Source of the DNA: an uncultured delta proteobacterium
Lineage (GTDB): Bacteria; Myxococcota; Myxococcia; Myxococcales; Anaeromyxobacteraceae
Reading direction: 5' to 3'
DNA: 64,000 bases
Assembly: GCA_963766715.1 (NCBI GenBank)
Contig: CAVYBH010000002.1
Coordinates: 64,001-128,000, forward strand
Position numbers and translations under genes: made by a program. This document shows, piece by piece, positions 24,780 to 40,084 of this stretch. The notes below the pieces were generated by a model. The model had not been told where the DNA came from, made no database searches, and saw only the letters and a list, made by a program, of their open reading frames with translations. Position 1 is the stretch's first letter. Each line of letters opens with the position of its first letter.

Positions 24780-25590
24780 TTGAGAGCTCGAAGGGGATCC
24801 GCCGCCGTGCTGGAGGTGCGCGACCTGCGCGCCCGCATCGACGAGCGCGAGATCCTGAAGGGGATGAGCCTGGCCGTGAACCCCGGCGAGGTGCACGCCA
24901 TCATGGGCCCCAACGGGTCGGGCAAGAGCACCTTCGCGGGCATCCTGGCCGGAAAGGACCGCGCCGAGGTCACCGGCGGCACGGCCACGCTGGACGGCAA
25001 GGACCTGCTCGGCCATGACCCCGGAGGCGCGGGCGGTGGCCGGCCTGTTCCTGGGCTTCCAGTACCCGGTCGAGATCCCGGGCGTGGGAAACATGTACTT
25101 CCTGCGCACCGCGCTGAACGCCCAGCGCAAGGCCCGCGGCGAGGAGGAGCTCGACGCGGTCGACTTCCTCGGGCTCGCGCGCGAGAAGATGAAGCTGGTC
25201 GAGATGGACCCGGCCTTCATGAACCGGGGCGTGAACGAGGGCTTCTCCGGCGGCGAGAAGAAGCGCAACGAGGTCCTGCAGATGGCGGTGCTCGAGCCCC
25301 GCCTCTCCATCCTCGACGAGATCGACAGCGGCCTGGACATCGACGCGCTGCGGGTCGTGGCGAAGCGGCGTCGAGGCCCTGCGCAGCCCGTCCCGATCCA
25401 CCATCCTCGTCACCCACTACCAGCGGCTGCTCGAGTACATCGTCCCCGACCGGATCCACGTGATGGCGGCCGGGCGGATCGTCCTCTCCGGCGGGCGCGA
25501 GCTCGCGCTCGAGCTCGAGAAGAAGGGCTACGCCTGGGTGGACGAGGAGGCGAAGCGCGGCGCCTTCGGGGCGCCGGCTCCGGTGGCGCC

Positions 25591-25594
<4 letters not shown>
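24776..25594 (+). CDS. sufC: Fe-S assembly ATPase SufC (about three frameshifts)
   Basis: [60 protein letters not shown] in successive frames. Confidence 0.94.
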
Positions 25595-28599
<3,005 letters not shown>

Positions 28600-28602
28600 T
28601 CG

Positions 28603-29179
28603 ATGGAGCGCCGTGAGCCGGTATCCCTGAGACGCGCCGTGGAGGTCACCCTCGTGCCCTCCGGGGAGAAGCACGTCCTCGCCGAGGGCGCCCTGGTGAT
28701 GCCGCAGCAGGAGCTGGGTGGGCACTTCACGGTCATGCTCGACCGGGGTGGCCTGGCGCGCCTCGCCAACGAGGACGCCGACGCCCTCGGTCCCACCTTC
28801 GCCGAGCGGGCCCGCAAGGTGGCGGAGGCGGAGAAGGAGCGGCTCGCGGCCGCCAGCGGCCAGCCCTTCGACGAGCAAGGGCGTCTGGGACGCGCTGAAG
28901 AAGGTCTTCGACCCGGAGATCCCGGCGAGCATCGTCGACCTCGGCCTGGTCTACGAACTCCTCCACGCCGAGCGTCCGGAAGGGGGCCGCAAGGTCACCA
29001 TCCGGATGACCCTGACCGCGCCCGGCTGCGGAGTCGCGCCGATGATCCTCGACGACGTGCGGGAGCGCGTGGCCAAGGTCCCGGGAGTGGCCGAGGTGGA
29101 CGTGGACCTCGTCTTCGACCCGCCGTGGACGCCGGAGAAGATGAGCGACGCCGCCCGGCTACAGCTCGGATTCTGGTAG
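28603..29179 (+). CDS. sufT: SufT (DUF59) Fe-S assembly protein (frameshift near 28878)
   Basis: QELGGHFTV; FDPEIPASIVDLGLVY, MTLTAPGCG, FDPPWTPEKMSDAARLQLG. Confidence 0.9.
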
Positions 29180-31190
29180 CTCCTGGCTCGGCGGTGACGC
29201 CGGCCGGTCCTCGCGATCGTCCCCCGCCGGCGGGAAGCGGACGTGCACGGTCGTGCCGCGCCCCTCCTGGCTCTGCAGGTCGATCTGGCCGCCCAGGCCG
29301 GTCACGATGCCGTGGCAGACCGAGAGGCCGAGCCCGCTGCCGCCCCCGGTCGGCCGGGTGGTGAAGAAGGGCTCGAAGACGTGCTGGCGCGCCGCCGCCG
29401 GGATGCCGACGCCGGAGTCGCTCACCTCGATCGCCGTCCACCCCCGCGCGTCGGTGCCCGAGACCACGCGGACGAAGTGGTCCGCGGAGGCGACCGGCCG
29501 GGATCGACTGGGAGGCGTTCACGAGCAGGTGGAGCATCACCTGGCCGATCTGCCCCTGGCCGGCCAGGACGAGCGGACACGGGTCGAGGCGCAGGTCGAG
29601 CCGTGCGCGATGGACGATGTCGGCCTGGGCGAGGTTCAGGGCGGATCGGACCTCCGCGACCGGGTCCACCGCGATCCGCCGGCCGTGCGGAGGCCTGGCC
29701 ACGAAGCGGAGGTCGCGCACGATGTCGCGCACCCGGCGTGCGCCGACGGCGGCCTCCGCGGTGGCCGTCACGGCCTCCTCGACGTCCGGGTGGAGGCCGC
29801 GCATCTGCCCGAGCGCCTCCTCCACGAAGGCCAGGTTCGACGTGATGTAGGTGAGGGGGTTGTTGATCTCGTGGGCCACGCCCGCGGCCAGCGTCCCCAC
29901 CGCGGCCAGCCGCTGCTCCTCCTCGGCCCTCTTCCGCTCCGACAGGTCCCGGGCCGACCAGGCCAGGAAGTCGGAGCCGTCGAGCGTGAGGAACGCGAGG
30001 TTCACCTCGGCCGGGGTCCGCTGCCCCCCGGCGCCATCGAGGGTGGTCTCGTATCGCGCGGTGCCGATCGACCGCAGCTTCGCCCATCCGTCCGGTCCCA
30101 GTCGGGCGGCCAGGGAGGGATCGATCTCCGAGATCTCGGCGCCCACCAGGTCGGAGAAGCGGCGGGCCAGCAGCGTCCCGGCGCCCTCGCTGGCGAGGAC
30201 GATCCGGCCGTCGAGGCTGGCGACGACGATGGCCTCCGCGCCCCGGTCGAGCGCGTAGCGGGCGAGCTTCAGCTTCCGCTCGCTGCGCTCCCGGCCCGCG
30301 ACCTCGGCGGCGAGGATGAGGGCCGTGACGATGGAGAGGGCGAGGTAGAGCTGGACCACGGCGTCGTCGGGGGCCAGCGCCTGGCTGCCCGAGCGCGCCG
30401 TGGCCCACGCCGTGGCCCAGGCCGCGCCCACGGCGAGGATCGCGCTGCACGCCGTGACGCCGCGGGGCCCGAACCGCAACGCCGCCCAGGCGAAGACGGG
30501 AAGGACGAGGTGCTCCTGGACGAGGCACGCCCTTCGGCGCGTCCCGGAGCACCACCCAGTTGACGGCGAGCGTGGCGGCGATCAGGGCCGCGAACTCGAG
30601 CGGGCGGCGGCGGACCGGGCTCCACCCCGCGCCGTCCGGCGACGCCCAGGCGAGCAGGAGCGGCGTGACCACCACGATGCCCAGGCTGTCGCCGGCCCAC
30701 CAGTCGATCGAGGCGTGCCAGAGCGGGAACCCGGTGGTGAGGTGGGTCGCCGTGCCGCCGAGGAGCGCAGGCACCAGGGGAGACACGACGGCGCCGAGGG
30801 CCATCACCGCCAGCAGGTCGCGCAGGCGCCACATGCGCGGACGGGCGCGCAGGACCACGGCCTGGATCAAGGTCGCCGCGGTCAGGGCCTCGAGCGCGTC
30901 CCCCAGGACGAACGCCCCGGCGAGCAGCGGCCTGCGCCCGACGTGCCAGGACACGACGAGGTCGGCGGCCGCCGCCACGACCACGAGGCCGGTCCAGCGC
31001 CGGCGCTCGGAGAGGAGCAGGGCCCCCACGTAGAGACCGGTCGCGGGCCAGAACGTCGAGAACTGGCTCGACATGTCGGTCAGCCCGTCGGCGATCTCGG
31101 CGAGCGCGAGGTAGGCCAGGCCGAATGCGAGCCAGATGGCCCACGGGCCGCGGCGGGATCCGGCGTGCGTGAGGTCGGCGCGTTCTCCAA
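29159..31190 (-). CDS. MASE1-PAS sensor histidine kinase (frameshifted)
   Basis: MASE1-like FWPATG and WWAGDSLG TM region; PAS; LAAGVAHEINNPL H-box; DSGVGI, FFTT, GSGLGLS. Confidence 0.88.
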
Positions 31191-31295
31191 GCCTTCGAGC
31201 CTAGACCACGCGCACCGGGGGCGATAGTCGCCGCCCCGGGAAGTCGCGGCGCGCGCTTGCGCGGGCGGGGCCATCGAATAGGATCCCGCCCCCCG

Positions 31296-32521
31296 ATGCC
31301 CCCCGCGAAGAACCACGGCTCACCCACGCCGGGCGGCCACGTCCCCGCCCTCGACGGCCTTCGAGGCGTGGCGGTCCTGCTCGTCCTCGTCTTCCACTTC
31401 GCCCACATCGACGGCGAGGGGGGCGGCAGTCGAGCGGGCCCTGCTGGGCGCCACCCGCGCCGGCTGGGCGGGGGTGGACCTCTTCTTCGTGCTCTCCGGG
31501 TTCCTCATCACCGGCATCCTGCTCGACGCCCGGGGAGGCAAGGGCTACTTCCGGGCCTTCTACCTGCGCCGCGTGCTCCGCATCTTCCCCCTCTACTACG
31601 CCTACCTGGCGGTGCTCTTCCTGGTCCTTCCGGCGATCCATCCGTCCCTCGACGTGAGGACGGACACGCAGGGCTGGCTCTGGACCTACCTGGGGAACGT
31701 CCTGTTCGCGCGGGAGGGAGGCTTCCACGCCAGCCCGCTGACCGGCCACTTCTGGTCGCTCGCCGTGGAGGAGCAGTTCTACCTCCTGTGGCCGCTGCTC
31801 GTGTGGTGGCTCCCGCGGCGCCGGCTCGCCGCGCTCTGCGTCGGCCTGGTGGCGGGCGCCTTCGCGCTCCGGTTCGCCATCCACCGGACGACCTTCAACG
31901 CGACCGCGGCCTACGTCCTGACTCCGGCGCGGATGGACGCGCTGGCCCTGGGCGCGCTGGTGGCCATCGCGGCGCGCGAGCCGGCCTGGTGGCCTCGCGT
32001 GCGGCGGATCGCGCCCTGGGTGCTCGCCGCTCTCCGTCGCGGCGGTGGCCGCGGTCTGGATCGGGCAGGGAGGGTTCTTCGGCGGAGACCCGGCGGTCCA
32101 GGTGTGGGCCTTCGGCCCGCTCGCCGCGGGCTTCGCGGCGATCCTGGTGCTCGCCCTCGGAGGCGAGGGCGCGTCGCCCCTCTCCCGGGTGCTCTCCGGG
32201 CCCGCGCTCCGCGGGGTGGGGAAGTACAGCTACGGCCTCTACGTCCTCCACTACCCGGCCTTCCTGGCGCTGGAGGCGGTGGGGATCACCTCCGCGGCGC
32301 TGGCCCTGCGGCTGGGCGGGCGACTGGCCGGCATCGCGGCCTTCGTGGCCATCGCCGGCGCGGTCACCTTCGCCGGGGCGTTCCTGTCCTGGCACGGGAT
32401 GGAGAAGCGCTTCCTGCGCTGGAAGGACCTGGTGCCCTACGGTCGCGCGCCCGCCGCGGCCGGCGCGCCGGGGGCGGACGGTCCGGAGTGCGCGCTGGCG
32501 CCTCGCCCGGCGTCGCGCTAG
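31296..32521 (+). CDS. Acyltransferase family 3 (OafA-like membrane O-acyltransferase; frameshifted)
   Basis: ALDGLRGVAV, VDLFFVLSGFLIT, FYLRRVLRIFPLY, HFWSLAVEEQFY, GKYSYGLYVLH. Confidence 0.93.
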
Positions 32522-32562
32522 GGATTCGATGGCGCCGGAGCGGCGCGGGAACGGAGTCCACC

Positions 32563-33586
32563 ATGGAGCATCGTCAGCTCGGCAAGTCGGGCCTGCGCGT
32601 CAGCCTGCTCTCCTTCGGGGCCATGACGCTGGGTGAATCCCAGGGGTTCATGAAGGGCGTGACCTCCACCGAGGCGGAGGCCCGCCGCGTCCTCGACCGG
32701 GCGCTCGACGCCGGCATCGACACCGTCGACACCGCCAACGTCTACTCCGAGGGAAACTCGGAGGAGCTGCTCGGGCGCTGGCTGGAGGGCAAGCGGGACC
32801 AGGTCGTGCTGGCCACCAAGTGCCGGTTCCCCACCTCCGGGCTCGGGGCCCAGGTGGCTCCGCACGACCAGGGGCTCTCCCGCAAGGCGATCCTCAAGGC
32901 CTGCGACGAGTCGCTCCGGCGCCTGCGCACCGATCGGATCGATCTCTACCAGGTGCACATGCAGGATCGTTCGGTGCCCATCGAGGAGACGCTCGAGGCG
33001 CTCACCGACCTGGTCCGGGCCGGCAAGGTGCTCTACGTCGGCTGCTCCAACTACGCCGGCTACCGGCTGGTCGAGTCCCTCTGGGCCGCCGACCGGCGCC
33101 ACCTGGTCCCGTACGCCTCCATCCAGATGCAGTGGTCGCTTGGCGGCCCGGGAAGGGGAGCGGGAGCTGGTGCCGGCGGCCCGCGCCTTCGGCCTGGGCG
33201 TGCTGGCGTGGAGCCCGCTCGCCCGCGGCTTCCTCTCCGGCAAGTACCGCCGGGGCGCGCCCCCGCCCCCCGGGACGCGGCTCGCCGCCTGGCAGGACAC
33301 CTGGAAGCAGTTCGACAACGACCGGTGCTGGCGGGTCCTCGAGGCGGTCGACGGGCTGGCGAGGCGGATCGGGTCGACGCCGGCCGCGGTGTCGCTGGCG
33401 TGGCTGCTCGGCCGCCCCGGGCTCTCGAGCGTCATCGTCGGGGCGCGCACCGAGGCGCAGCTGGCCGAGAACCTGGCTGCACTTTCGGTGAAGCTGTCCC
33501 CGGAGGACGTCGCCGAGCTGGATCGGGTCTCGGCGCCGGAGTGGGGGTATCCCCAGAGCTTCATCGGGGCCCGCGAGCCCTGGTAG
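32563..33586 (+). CDS. Aldo/keto reductase (frameshift near 33140)
   Basis: LGKSGLRVS, DTANVYSEG, LATK, LYQVH, AWSPLARG. Confidence 0.93.
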
Positions 33587-33597
33587 CGCGAGCCGGC

Positions 33598-35477
33598 TCA
33601 GCCCCGGACGAGCCGCCGCCAGACCCAGACCTCCGCCCCCGGGGCGTCACCGCGCCGGACCACGAGCCGGACCCGGGTGTCCTCCGGGCCGCGGATGAGC
33701 TCGACCGCCCCGCCCAGGCCCACCTCGGAGATCGGGCGCCCCTCCACCGAGAGGATCTCGTCGCCCGGGGCGAGACCGGCCTCGGCCGCGCCGCTCCCGG
33801 GCAGGACCGCGGAGATGCGCAGCGCCGAGCGGCCTCGCCGCTCCAGCGTCGTCCCGATGCCGGCCAGCTCCACGCGCGGGTCCTCTCCCTGCGCCACCGG
33901 CGAGAGGCGGACCTCCACCGGTCCCGCCACGCCGCCGTCCCGGACCTCGATGCCGCCCACGATCCGGGCGTGGTGCCCGTCCGCGGACACGAGCAGGGAC
34001 GCGGTGCGCGGGGGGAGCCCCGCCAGCTGGAACGCTCCGTCCGGGCCGGAGAACGCCGAGGCCCCGGCGTCGAGGACCGATGGCGTTCCGCCGGCGTCTC
34101 CCTCGAGCGACGACGCGGGCCCCGGCGATCGGCTCGCCGCTCGCCCGGTCGAGGACCCGTCCCGCGACCCGCCCTCCCTCCGACATCCGGATCTCCACCT
34201 CGGCCACGCCCGGATGCTCCGGCACCGCCACCTCGACCTCCTCGGACGGGGTGAGGCCCGGCGAGGAGGCCACCAGCACCACCGGGCCCGGGGGCAGGCC
34301 GGCCATCTCGAAGCGCCCCGATGCGTCCAGGACCGTGGCGGACCGGATCGGCATCTTCCATCCGCGCCCCCCGCGCAGCACGACGAGGCGGAAGGACGTC
34401 ACCGGCCTGCCCGAACCCGGCTGCGCGCACCACGCCGGCGACGCGCCCGCCGTGGGTCAGCTCGATGGCGACCTCCTCGCCGGGCCGGCCCACCACCGCC
34501 CTCGGCTGCGCGAAGCCCTCGCGGGAGGCGCCGAGCAGGTAGCGCCCGGGCTGCAGGTCGCGGAGCGTGAATCGCCCGTCCGGATCGGAGGTCGCCTGGG
34601 CCGAGACCGCCTCGTCGATCCGGGCGGGGCCTCCGCGCTGCAGGAGGCGCGCGCCCACCAGCGCGCCCTCGACCGGCGCCCCGCCGCTCGTCACGCGGCC
34701 GGTGACGGAGGCACGCGCCGGCGCCTCCCCGGCCTTCCCGAGCCGGACCACCACGCGATGGGACGCGCGCGCCGCGCGGTCGATCGTGGCCCGTCCCGGG
34801 GCGAACTCCGGGTGACGGGCCTCCAGGACGTCTCCCTCGGCTGCGGACAGGGCGAACGCGCCTCCCGGGCCGCTCGTCGCCCGGTCCGCGGACGGCAGGA
34901 GCGCCCGGTCGCCGGTCGCGCTCCCGAGGACCCGCACCTCCGCCCCCTCGACCGGCTTGCCGTCCGGACCCTGGACCTGGCCCTCGAGGCGATCCTGCGG
35001 GCGCAGCCACACCGAGATCCCGCTCACGCGCTCCCCGGGGCGGGCGTCGAAGGCCACCTGGCTGAATCCCCACTCGGGCGCGAAGGGGACGTGGCCGGGA
35101 GCCGAGGCGGCCGCGAGCTGCCAGCGGCCGGGCTCGGGCGGCTCGAACCGGAACGAGCCGTCGGCGGCGGACCGGACCGAGGCCGCGGCCCCGGCGCGGG
35201 AGAAGGTGACCTCCGCGCCGGCGATGGCGCTGCCCGACCCGGTGGAGCGGACCATGCCCTCGAGCGCGCCCCGGGGCGCGGGCAGGGGAGCGAGCGTCGA
35301 TCCGGATGCGGCCTCGGCAGGGGCGGGGAGGGGAGCGGGAGGGGCGGCGCCCGGCGCGGGGCCGGAGGCTGCCGGAGGCGGCGCAGGCGGGCCGGACGAC
35401 CGGGACCCGATCCCCACGCCCAGGGCGCAGAGGAGCGCGACGGCGAGCACGGCGGCGAGGGTCCGGCGGCGGTTCAT
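33598..35477 (-). CDS. Membrane-anchored carboxypeptidase-regulatory-like (Ig) repeat protein with C-terminal PDZ domain (frameshifted)
   Basis: N-terminal TM, repeated GxVxxxxGxPVxGAxV..DGxF units, PDZ GIG..VLPGSGAAEAGLAPGDEILSVEG..IRGPEDT. Confidence 0.8.
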
Positions 35478-35571
35478 GGTCCGGACCGGAGCCTACACCC
35501 GGCCGCCGGAGAGGGACGGACTCGTTGACCCGGCGGGGTTCCCGTGTTAATCCGTCCATCCGGATATACGA

Positions 35572-36522
35572 ATGGAAGCCGCTCCCACGAGACCCGCCGG
35601 GCTCTTCGGCTGGATGGAAGGCCTGGCCGACCCCACCCGGCTCCGGCTCCTCCACGTCCTGGAGCGGCACGAGCTCGGCGTGGCCGAGCTGTGCGAGGTG
35701 CTCCAGCAGCCCCAGTCGACGGTGAGCCGCCACCTCAAGGTGCTCTCCTCCCAGGGCTGGGTCGAGGTCCGCCGGGAAGGGCAGAGCCGCATCTACCGGA
35801 TGTCGGACGGGGTCGACCCCGCCGCGCGGAGGCTCTGGAAGCTCGCCCGCGACGAGAGCGAGCGCTGGGCCACGCTCCAGCACGACCAGCTCCGCCTCGA
35901 CCGGCGGCTGCGGGAGCGCCGGAGCGGGGCCGAGGCGTTCTTCGCCGGGGCCGCCGGCGACTGGGACCGCCTCCGGGCCGAGTGGTACGGAACCGGCTTC
36001 GGCGTCTCGGCGCTGCTCGCCCTCCTCCCTCCGGACTGGACGGTGGCCGACCTGGGCTGCGGGACCGGCTCGCTCGCCGCCGCGATCGCCCCCGACGTGG
36101 CCCGGGTGGTCGGGGTGGACCAGTCGGCCGACATGCTCCGGGCGGCCCGCCGCCGCACCGCCGGTCTCGGCAACGTGGAGCTCCGGCGCGGCGCGCTCGA
36201 GGCGCTCCCGCTCGAGGACGCCTCCTTCGACGCGGCGCTGCTCGTCCTCTCGCTGGGCTGGGTGGCCGACCCGCCCCGGGCCCTCGCCGAGGCGGCGCGG
36301 GTGGTCCGGCCCGGTGGCCGCCTCGCGCTCGTCGACGCCGTCCTCCACGACGACGAGGACTTCCGCCGCCGGGCGGGCCAGGTGTGGCCCGGCTTCGAGC
36401 CCGCCCGGGTGGCCGAGATGCTCGCCGCCGCGGGCTGGACCGACGTGGCCTGCCGCCCCCTCCCTCCCGAGGCCGCCGCCCGCGGCCCCGCGCTCCTGCT
36501 CGCCCGGGCGCGCCGCCCCTGA
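35572..36522 (+). CDS. sahR: ArsR-HTH/SAM-methyltransferase-fold fusion regulator (SahR type)
   Basis: [24 protein letters not shown] plus [12 protein letters not shown] motif; immediately upstream of ahcY. Confidence 0.82.
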   Translation: MEAAPTRPAGLFGWMEGLADPTRLRLLHVLERHELGVAELCEVLQQPQSTVSRHLKVLSSQGWVEVRREGQSRIYRMSDGVDPAARRLWKLARDESERWATLQHDQLRLDRRLRERRSGAEAFFAGAAGDWDRLRAEWYGTGFGVSALLALLPPDWTVADLGCGTGSLAAAIAPDVARVVGVDQSADMLRAARRRTAGLGNVELRRGALEALPLEDASFDAALLVLSLGWVADPPRALAEAARVVRPGGRLALVDAVLHDDEDFRRRAGQVWPGFEPARVAEMLAAAGWTDVACRPLPPEAAARGPALLLARARRP

Positions 36523-36572
36523 GACCGTTCCCCCAACCCCCCAACCCCCGCCGAAGAAGGAAGAAAAGACCC

Positions 36573-38043
36573 ATGGCCAAGACCGCCCGCAAGCCCCGCG
36601 CCGCCAAGCCGTTCGAGTACCTCGTGAAGGACCTCTCGCTCGCCGACTGGGGGCGCAAGGAGATCGAGCTCGCCGAGAAGGAGATGCCGGGGCTCATGTC
36701 GGTGCGCCGCGAGTACGCGAAGCGCAAGCCCCTGCGCGGCCAGCGCATCACCGGCTCGCTCCACATGACCATCCAGACCGCGGTGCTCATCGAGACGCTC
36801 GTCGACCTGGGCGCGAACGTGCGCTGGGCCTCGTGCAACATCTTCTCGACGCAGGATCACGCCGCCGCCGCCGTCGTGGCGGGACGGGGCGGCTCCGCCG
36901 CGTCGCCCCGGGGCGTCCCGGTCTTCGCCTGGAAGGGCGAGACCCTCGAGGAGTACTGGGAGTGCACCGAGCGCGCGCTCGACTTCGGCGGCGGCAAGGG
37001 GCCGACCCAGATCGTGGACGACGGCGGCGACGCCACCCTCCTCATCCACAAGGGGGTCGAGTTCGAGGCGGCCGGCAAGGTGCCCTCGCCCGCCACCGCC
37101 GACTCGGAGGAGTTCGCGGTCGTCCTCGCGCTGCTCGGCCGGGAGCTGAAGAAGGACCGGAAGCGCTGGACGAAGGTCGCGAAGCGACATGCGCGGCGTC
37201 ACCGAGGAGACCACCACCGGCGTCCACCGGCTGTACGAGATGGAGAAGGCCGGCACGCTGCTCTTCTCGGCCATCAACGTGAACGACAGCGTCACCAAGT
37301 CGAAGTTCGACAACCTCTACGGGTGCCGCCACTCGCTCATCGACGGGCTCAACCGGGCCACCGACGTGATGCTGGCCGGCAAGATGGCCGTGGTCTGCGG
37401 CTACGGCGACGTGGGCAAGGGCTGCGCCCAGGCGCTGAAGGGGCAGGGCGCCCGCGTCGTGGTCACCGAGATCGACCCCATCTGCGCGCTCCAGGCGGCG
37501 ATGGAGGGGTACCAGGTGCTCCGCACCGAGGACGTCCTCGGCCGCGCCGACCTCTTCGTCACCACCACCGGCAACGTCGACGTCATCACCGTCGACCACA
37601 TGAAGCGGATGAAGGACGGGGCCATCATCGGGAACATCGGCCACTTCGACAACGAGATCGACATGGCCGGCCTGAAGAAGTTCCCGGGCGTGGTCCGGAC
37701 CAACATCAAGCCGCAGTTCGACAAGTGGACCTTCCCGGACGGCCACTCGGTGCTGGTGCTCGCCGAGGGCCGGCTCCTCAACCTGGGCTGCGCCACCGGT
37801 CACCCCAGCTTCGTGATGTCGAACAGCTTCACGAACCAGACCATCGCCCAGATCGAGCTGGCCGAGCGCGGCGAGCGCTACGAGAAGAAGGTCTACACGC
37901 TGCCCAAGCACCTGGACGAGAAGGTGGCGCGCCTCCACCTCGAGCAGATCGGCGTGAAGCTCACCAAGCTCACCCCCAAGCAGGCCGCCTACATCGGGGT
38001 ATCGGAGAAGGGGCCGTTCAAGCCGGATACCTACCGGTACTAG
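36573..38043 (+). CDS. ahcY: Adenosylhomocysteinase (frameshift near 37187)
   Basis: [65 protein letters not shown]. Confidence 0.98.
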
Positions 38044-38075
38044 CGCGCCCCGGGGGCGTCGACTAGGAGGACGGC

Positions 38076-38573
38076 ATGGCCGACGAGAAGATCCCAGGTC
38101 CTCCGCCCTCCGAGCTCGCCCCCGGTGCCTTCGAGCTGCTCGCCACCGGGAAGGTCGGCGTCCTCTCCACCCTGTCGGCGCGCAAGCCGGGCTGGCCGCT
38201 GGGCACGCTCGTCGCCTACGCGCTCGACGGGGTGGGACGCCCCATCTTCCTCTTCACGGAGCTGGCCCAGCACACGAAGAACCTCCGGGCCGACCCCCGG
38301 GCGTCCCTCTTCGTGCAGGAGCCCGGCTCCCGGAACCCCCAGTCCTCGGGCCGGCTCGCGCTCCTCGGCACGCTCACCGAGGTCCCGGGCGGGGAGATGT
38401 CCGAGGCCCGCGACCGCTACGTGGCCGTCCATCCGGAGGGCAAGTCGTTCGCCGAGCTGGGCGACTTCCTCTTCTGGCACATGAACGTCGAGGACGTGCA
38501 CGTGGTGGGCGGGTTCGCCAAGGCCGGGTGGATGTCCTGGCAGGAGTTCCGGGAGAACGCCGCCGGGAAGTGA
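38076..38573 (+). CDS. Pyridoxamine 5'-phosphate oxidase-like/HugZ split-barrel protein
   Basis: [48 protein letters not shown]. Confidence 0.87.
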   Translation: MADEKIPGPPPSELAPGAFELLATGKVGVLSTLSARKPGWPLGTLVAYALDGVGRPIFLFTELAQHTKNLRADPRASLFVQEPGSRNPQSSGRLALLGTLTEVPGGEMSEARDRYVAVHPEGKSFAELGDFLFWHMNVEDVHVVGGFAKAGWMSWQEFRENAAGK

Positions 38574-38620
38574 CCGAAGGACGAGGCGCGGAGGGCGTTC
38601 CCGGGTTAGAACGTCGCGCC

Positions 38621-40015
38621 ATGTCCTCCCCGACCGACCGAGCCCTCGAGCACTACCGCCAGCACGCGCCGTCCTACCTCGAAGACCTCAAGTCGCTGGT
38701 CCGCATCCCCAGCGTCTCCTTCGACGGCTTCCCGCCGGAGCCGGTGCGCAAGAGCGCCGAGGCCACGGCCGAGCTGATGCGCCGGCGCGGCTTCTCGCGC
38801 GTCGAGATCCTCGAGGTCCCGGGCGCCCACCCGTACGTCTTCGCCGAGCAGGTCGTCGACCCGAAGGCGCCCACCGTCCTCCTCTACGCCCACCACGACG
38901 TCCAGCCGGCCGGCGACGAGGAGCTCTGGATCTCCCCTCCGTTCGAGCCCACCGAGCGGGACGGCCGCCTCTTCGGCCGCGGCGCCGCCGACGACAAGGC
39001 CGGCATCCTCGTCCACGCCGCCGCCGCCGATGCCTGGACGCGGGGCGCCGGCGCGCTGCCGCTCAACCTCAAGGTCGTGATCGAGGGCGAGGAGGAGGTC
39101 GGCTCCGACCACCTTCCCCAGTTCATCGCCAAGTTCCGCGACCGGCTCTCCGCCGACGCGGTGGTCCTCACCGACACCTCCAACGTCGACGCCGGCGTGC
39201 CCTCGGTGACCATCGCGCTGCGCGGCCTGGTGGTGGCGGACGTCGAGGTCCGGGCCCTCGATCAGAGCCTCCACTCCGGCATGTGGGGCGGCCCCATCCC
39301 CGACCCGGTGGTGGCGCTGGCCAAGATGATCGCCTCGCTGGTGGAGGCCGACGGCCGCATCGCCATCCCCGGCATCTACGACCGGGTGCGGCCGCTCTCC
39401 GACGCCGAGCGCCGCTCGATCGAGCTGCTCCCGGTCTCGCCCGAGGACTTCCGCCGCCAGGCCGGCCTGCGCCCCGGCGTCCACCTGCTCGGCTCGGGGC
39501 ACCCCCTCGAGGCCAACTGGTGGCAGCCGTCGCTCTCGGTGAACGCCATCCAGGCCTCGAACCGCAAGGACGCCCGCAACATCGTGAACGACATGGCCTG
39601 GGCCCGGGTGGGCATCCGGCTCGTCCCCGACATGGACCCGGCCGACGTGGGCCGCCGCCTCGAGGACGCGCTCCGGAAGGCCGCGCCCTGGGGCATGGAG
39701 GTGAAGATCCACGTCCAGAGCCACGGACCCGCCTGGAAGACCGACGTCTCCCACCCCGCCTTCGCCGCGGCGTTCCGCGCGCTGGAGCGGGGGTACGGCC
39801 GGGAGCCGCTGGCCATCGGCTGCGGGGGCTCGATCGGCTTCGTCGAGCCCTTCGTGGAGGCGCTCGGCGGGGTGCCGGCGCTCCTCATCGGCGTCGAGGA
39901 TCCCCGGTCGAACGCGCACTCCGAGAACGAGAGCCTCAACCTGGCCGACTTCCAGGCCGCGGTGCGCAGCGCCATCGTCCTCTACGGCGAGCTCGCCCTC
40001 GCCCTTCGTCGATAG
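38621..40015 (+). CDS. M20 family metallo-dipeptidase
   Basis: [39 protein letters not shown]. Confidence 0.93.
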   Translation: MSSPTDRALEHYRQHAPSYLEDLKSLVRIPSVSFDGFPPEPVRKSAEATAELMRRRGFSRVEILEVPGAHPYVFAEQVVDPKAPTVLLYAHHDVQPAGDEELWISPPFEPTERDGRLFGRGAADDKAGILVHAAAADAWTRGAGALPLNLKVVIEGEEEVGSDHLPQFIAKFRDRLSADAVVLTDTSNVDAGVPSVTIALRGLVVADVEVRALDQSLHSGMWGGPIPDPVVALAKMIASLVEADGRIAIPGIYDRVRPLSDAERRSIELLPVSPEDFRRQAGLRPGVHLLGSGHPLEANWWQPSLSVNAIQASNRKDARNIVNDMAWARVGIRLVPDMDPADVGRRLEDALRKAAPWGMEVKIHVQSHGPAWKTDVSHPAFAAAFRALERGYGREPLAIGCGGSIGFVEPFVEALGGVPALLIGVEDPRSNAHSENESLNLADFQAAVRSAIVLYGELALALRR

Positions 40016-40084
40016 CCCGGCCGCCGCTCCGGCGAGGTAACATGCGCGACCGCCCGGGCCTCCGCCCGGGAGTCGAGGAGACCG

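Noticed and set aside
36530..36550. CCCCAACCCCCCAACCCCC short repeat between sahR and ahcY as an SAH riboswitch or repeat element
   Set aside because: Only about 50 nt of intergenic space, no recognisable riboswitch structure; low-complexity spacer
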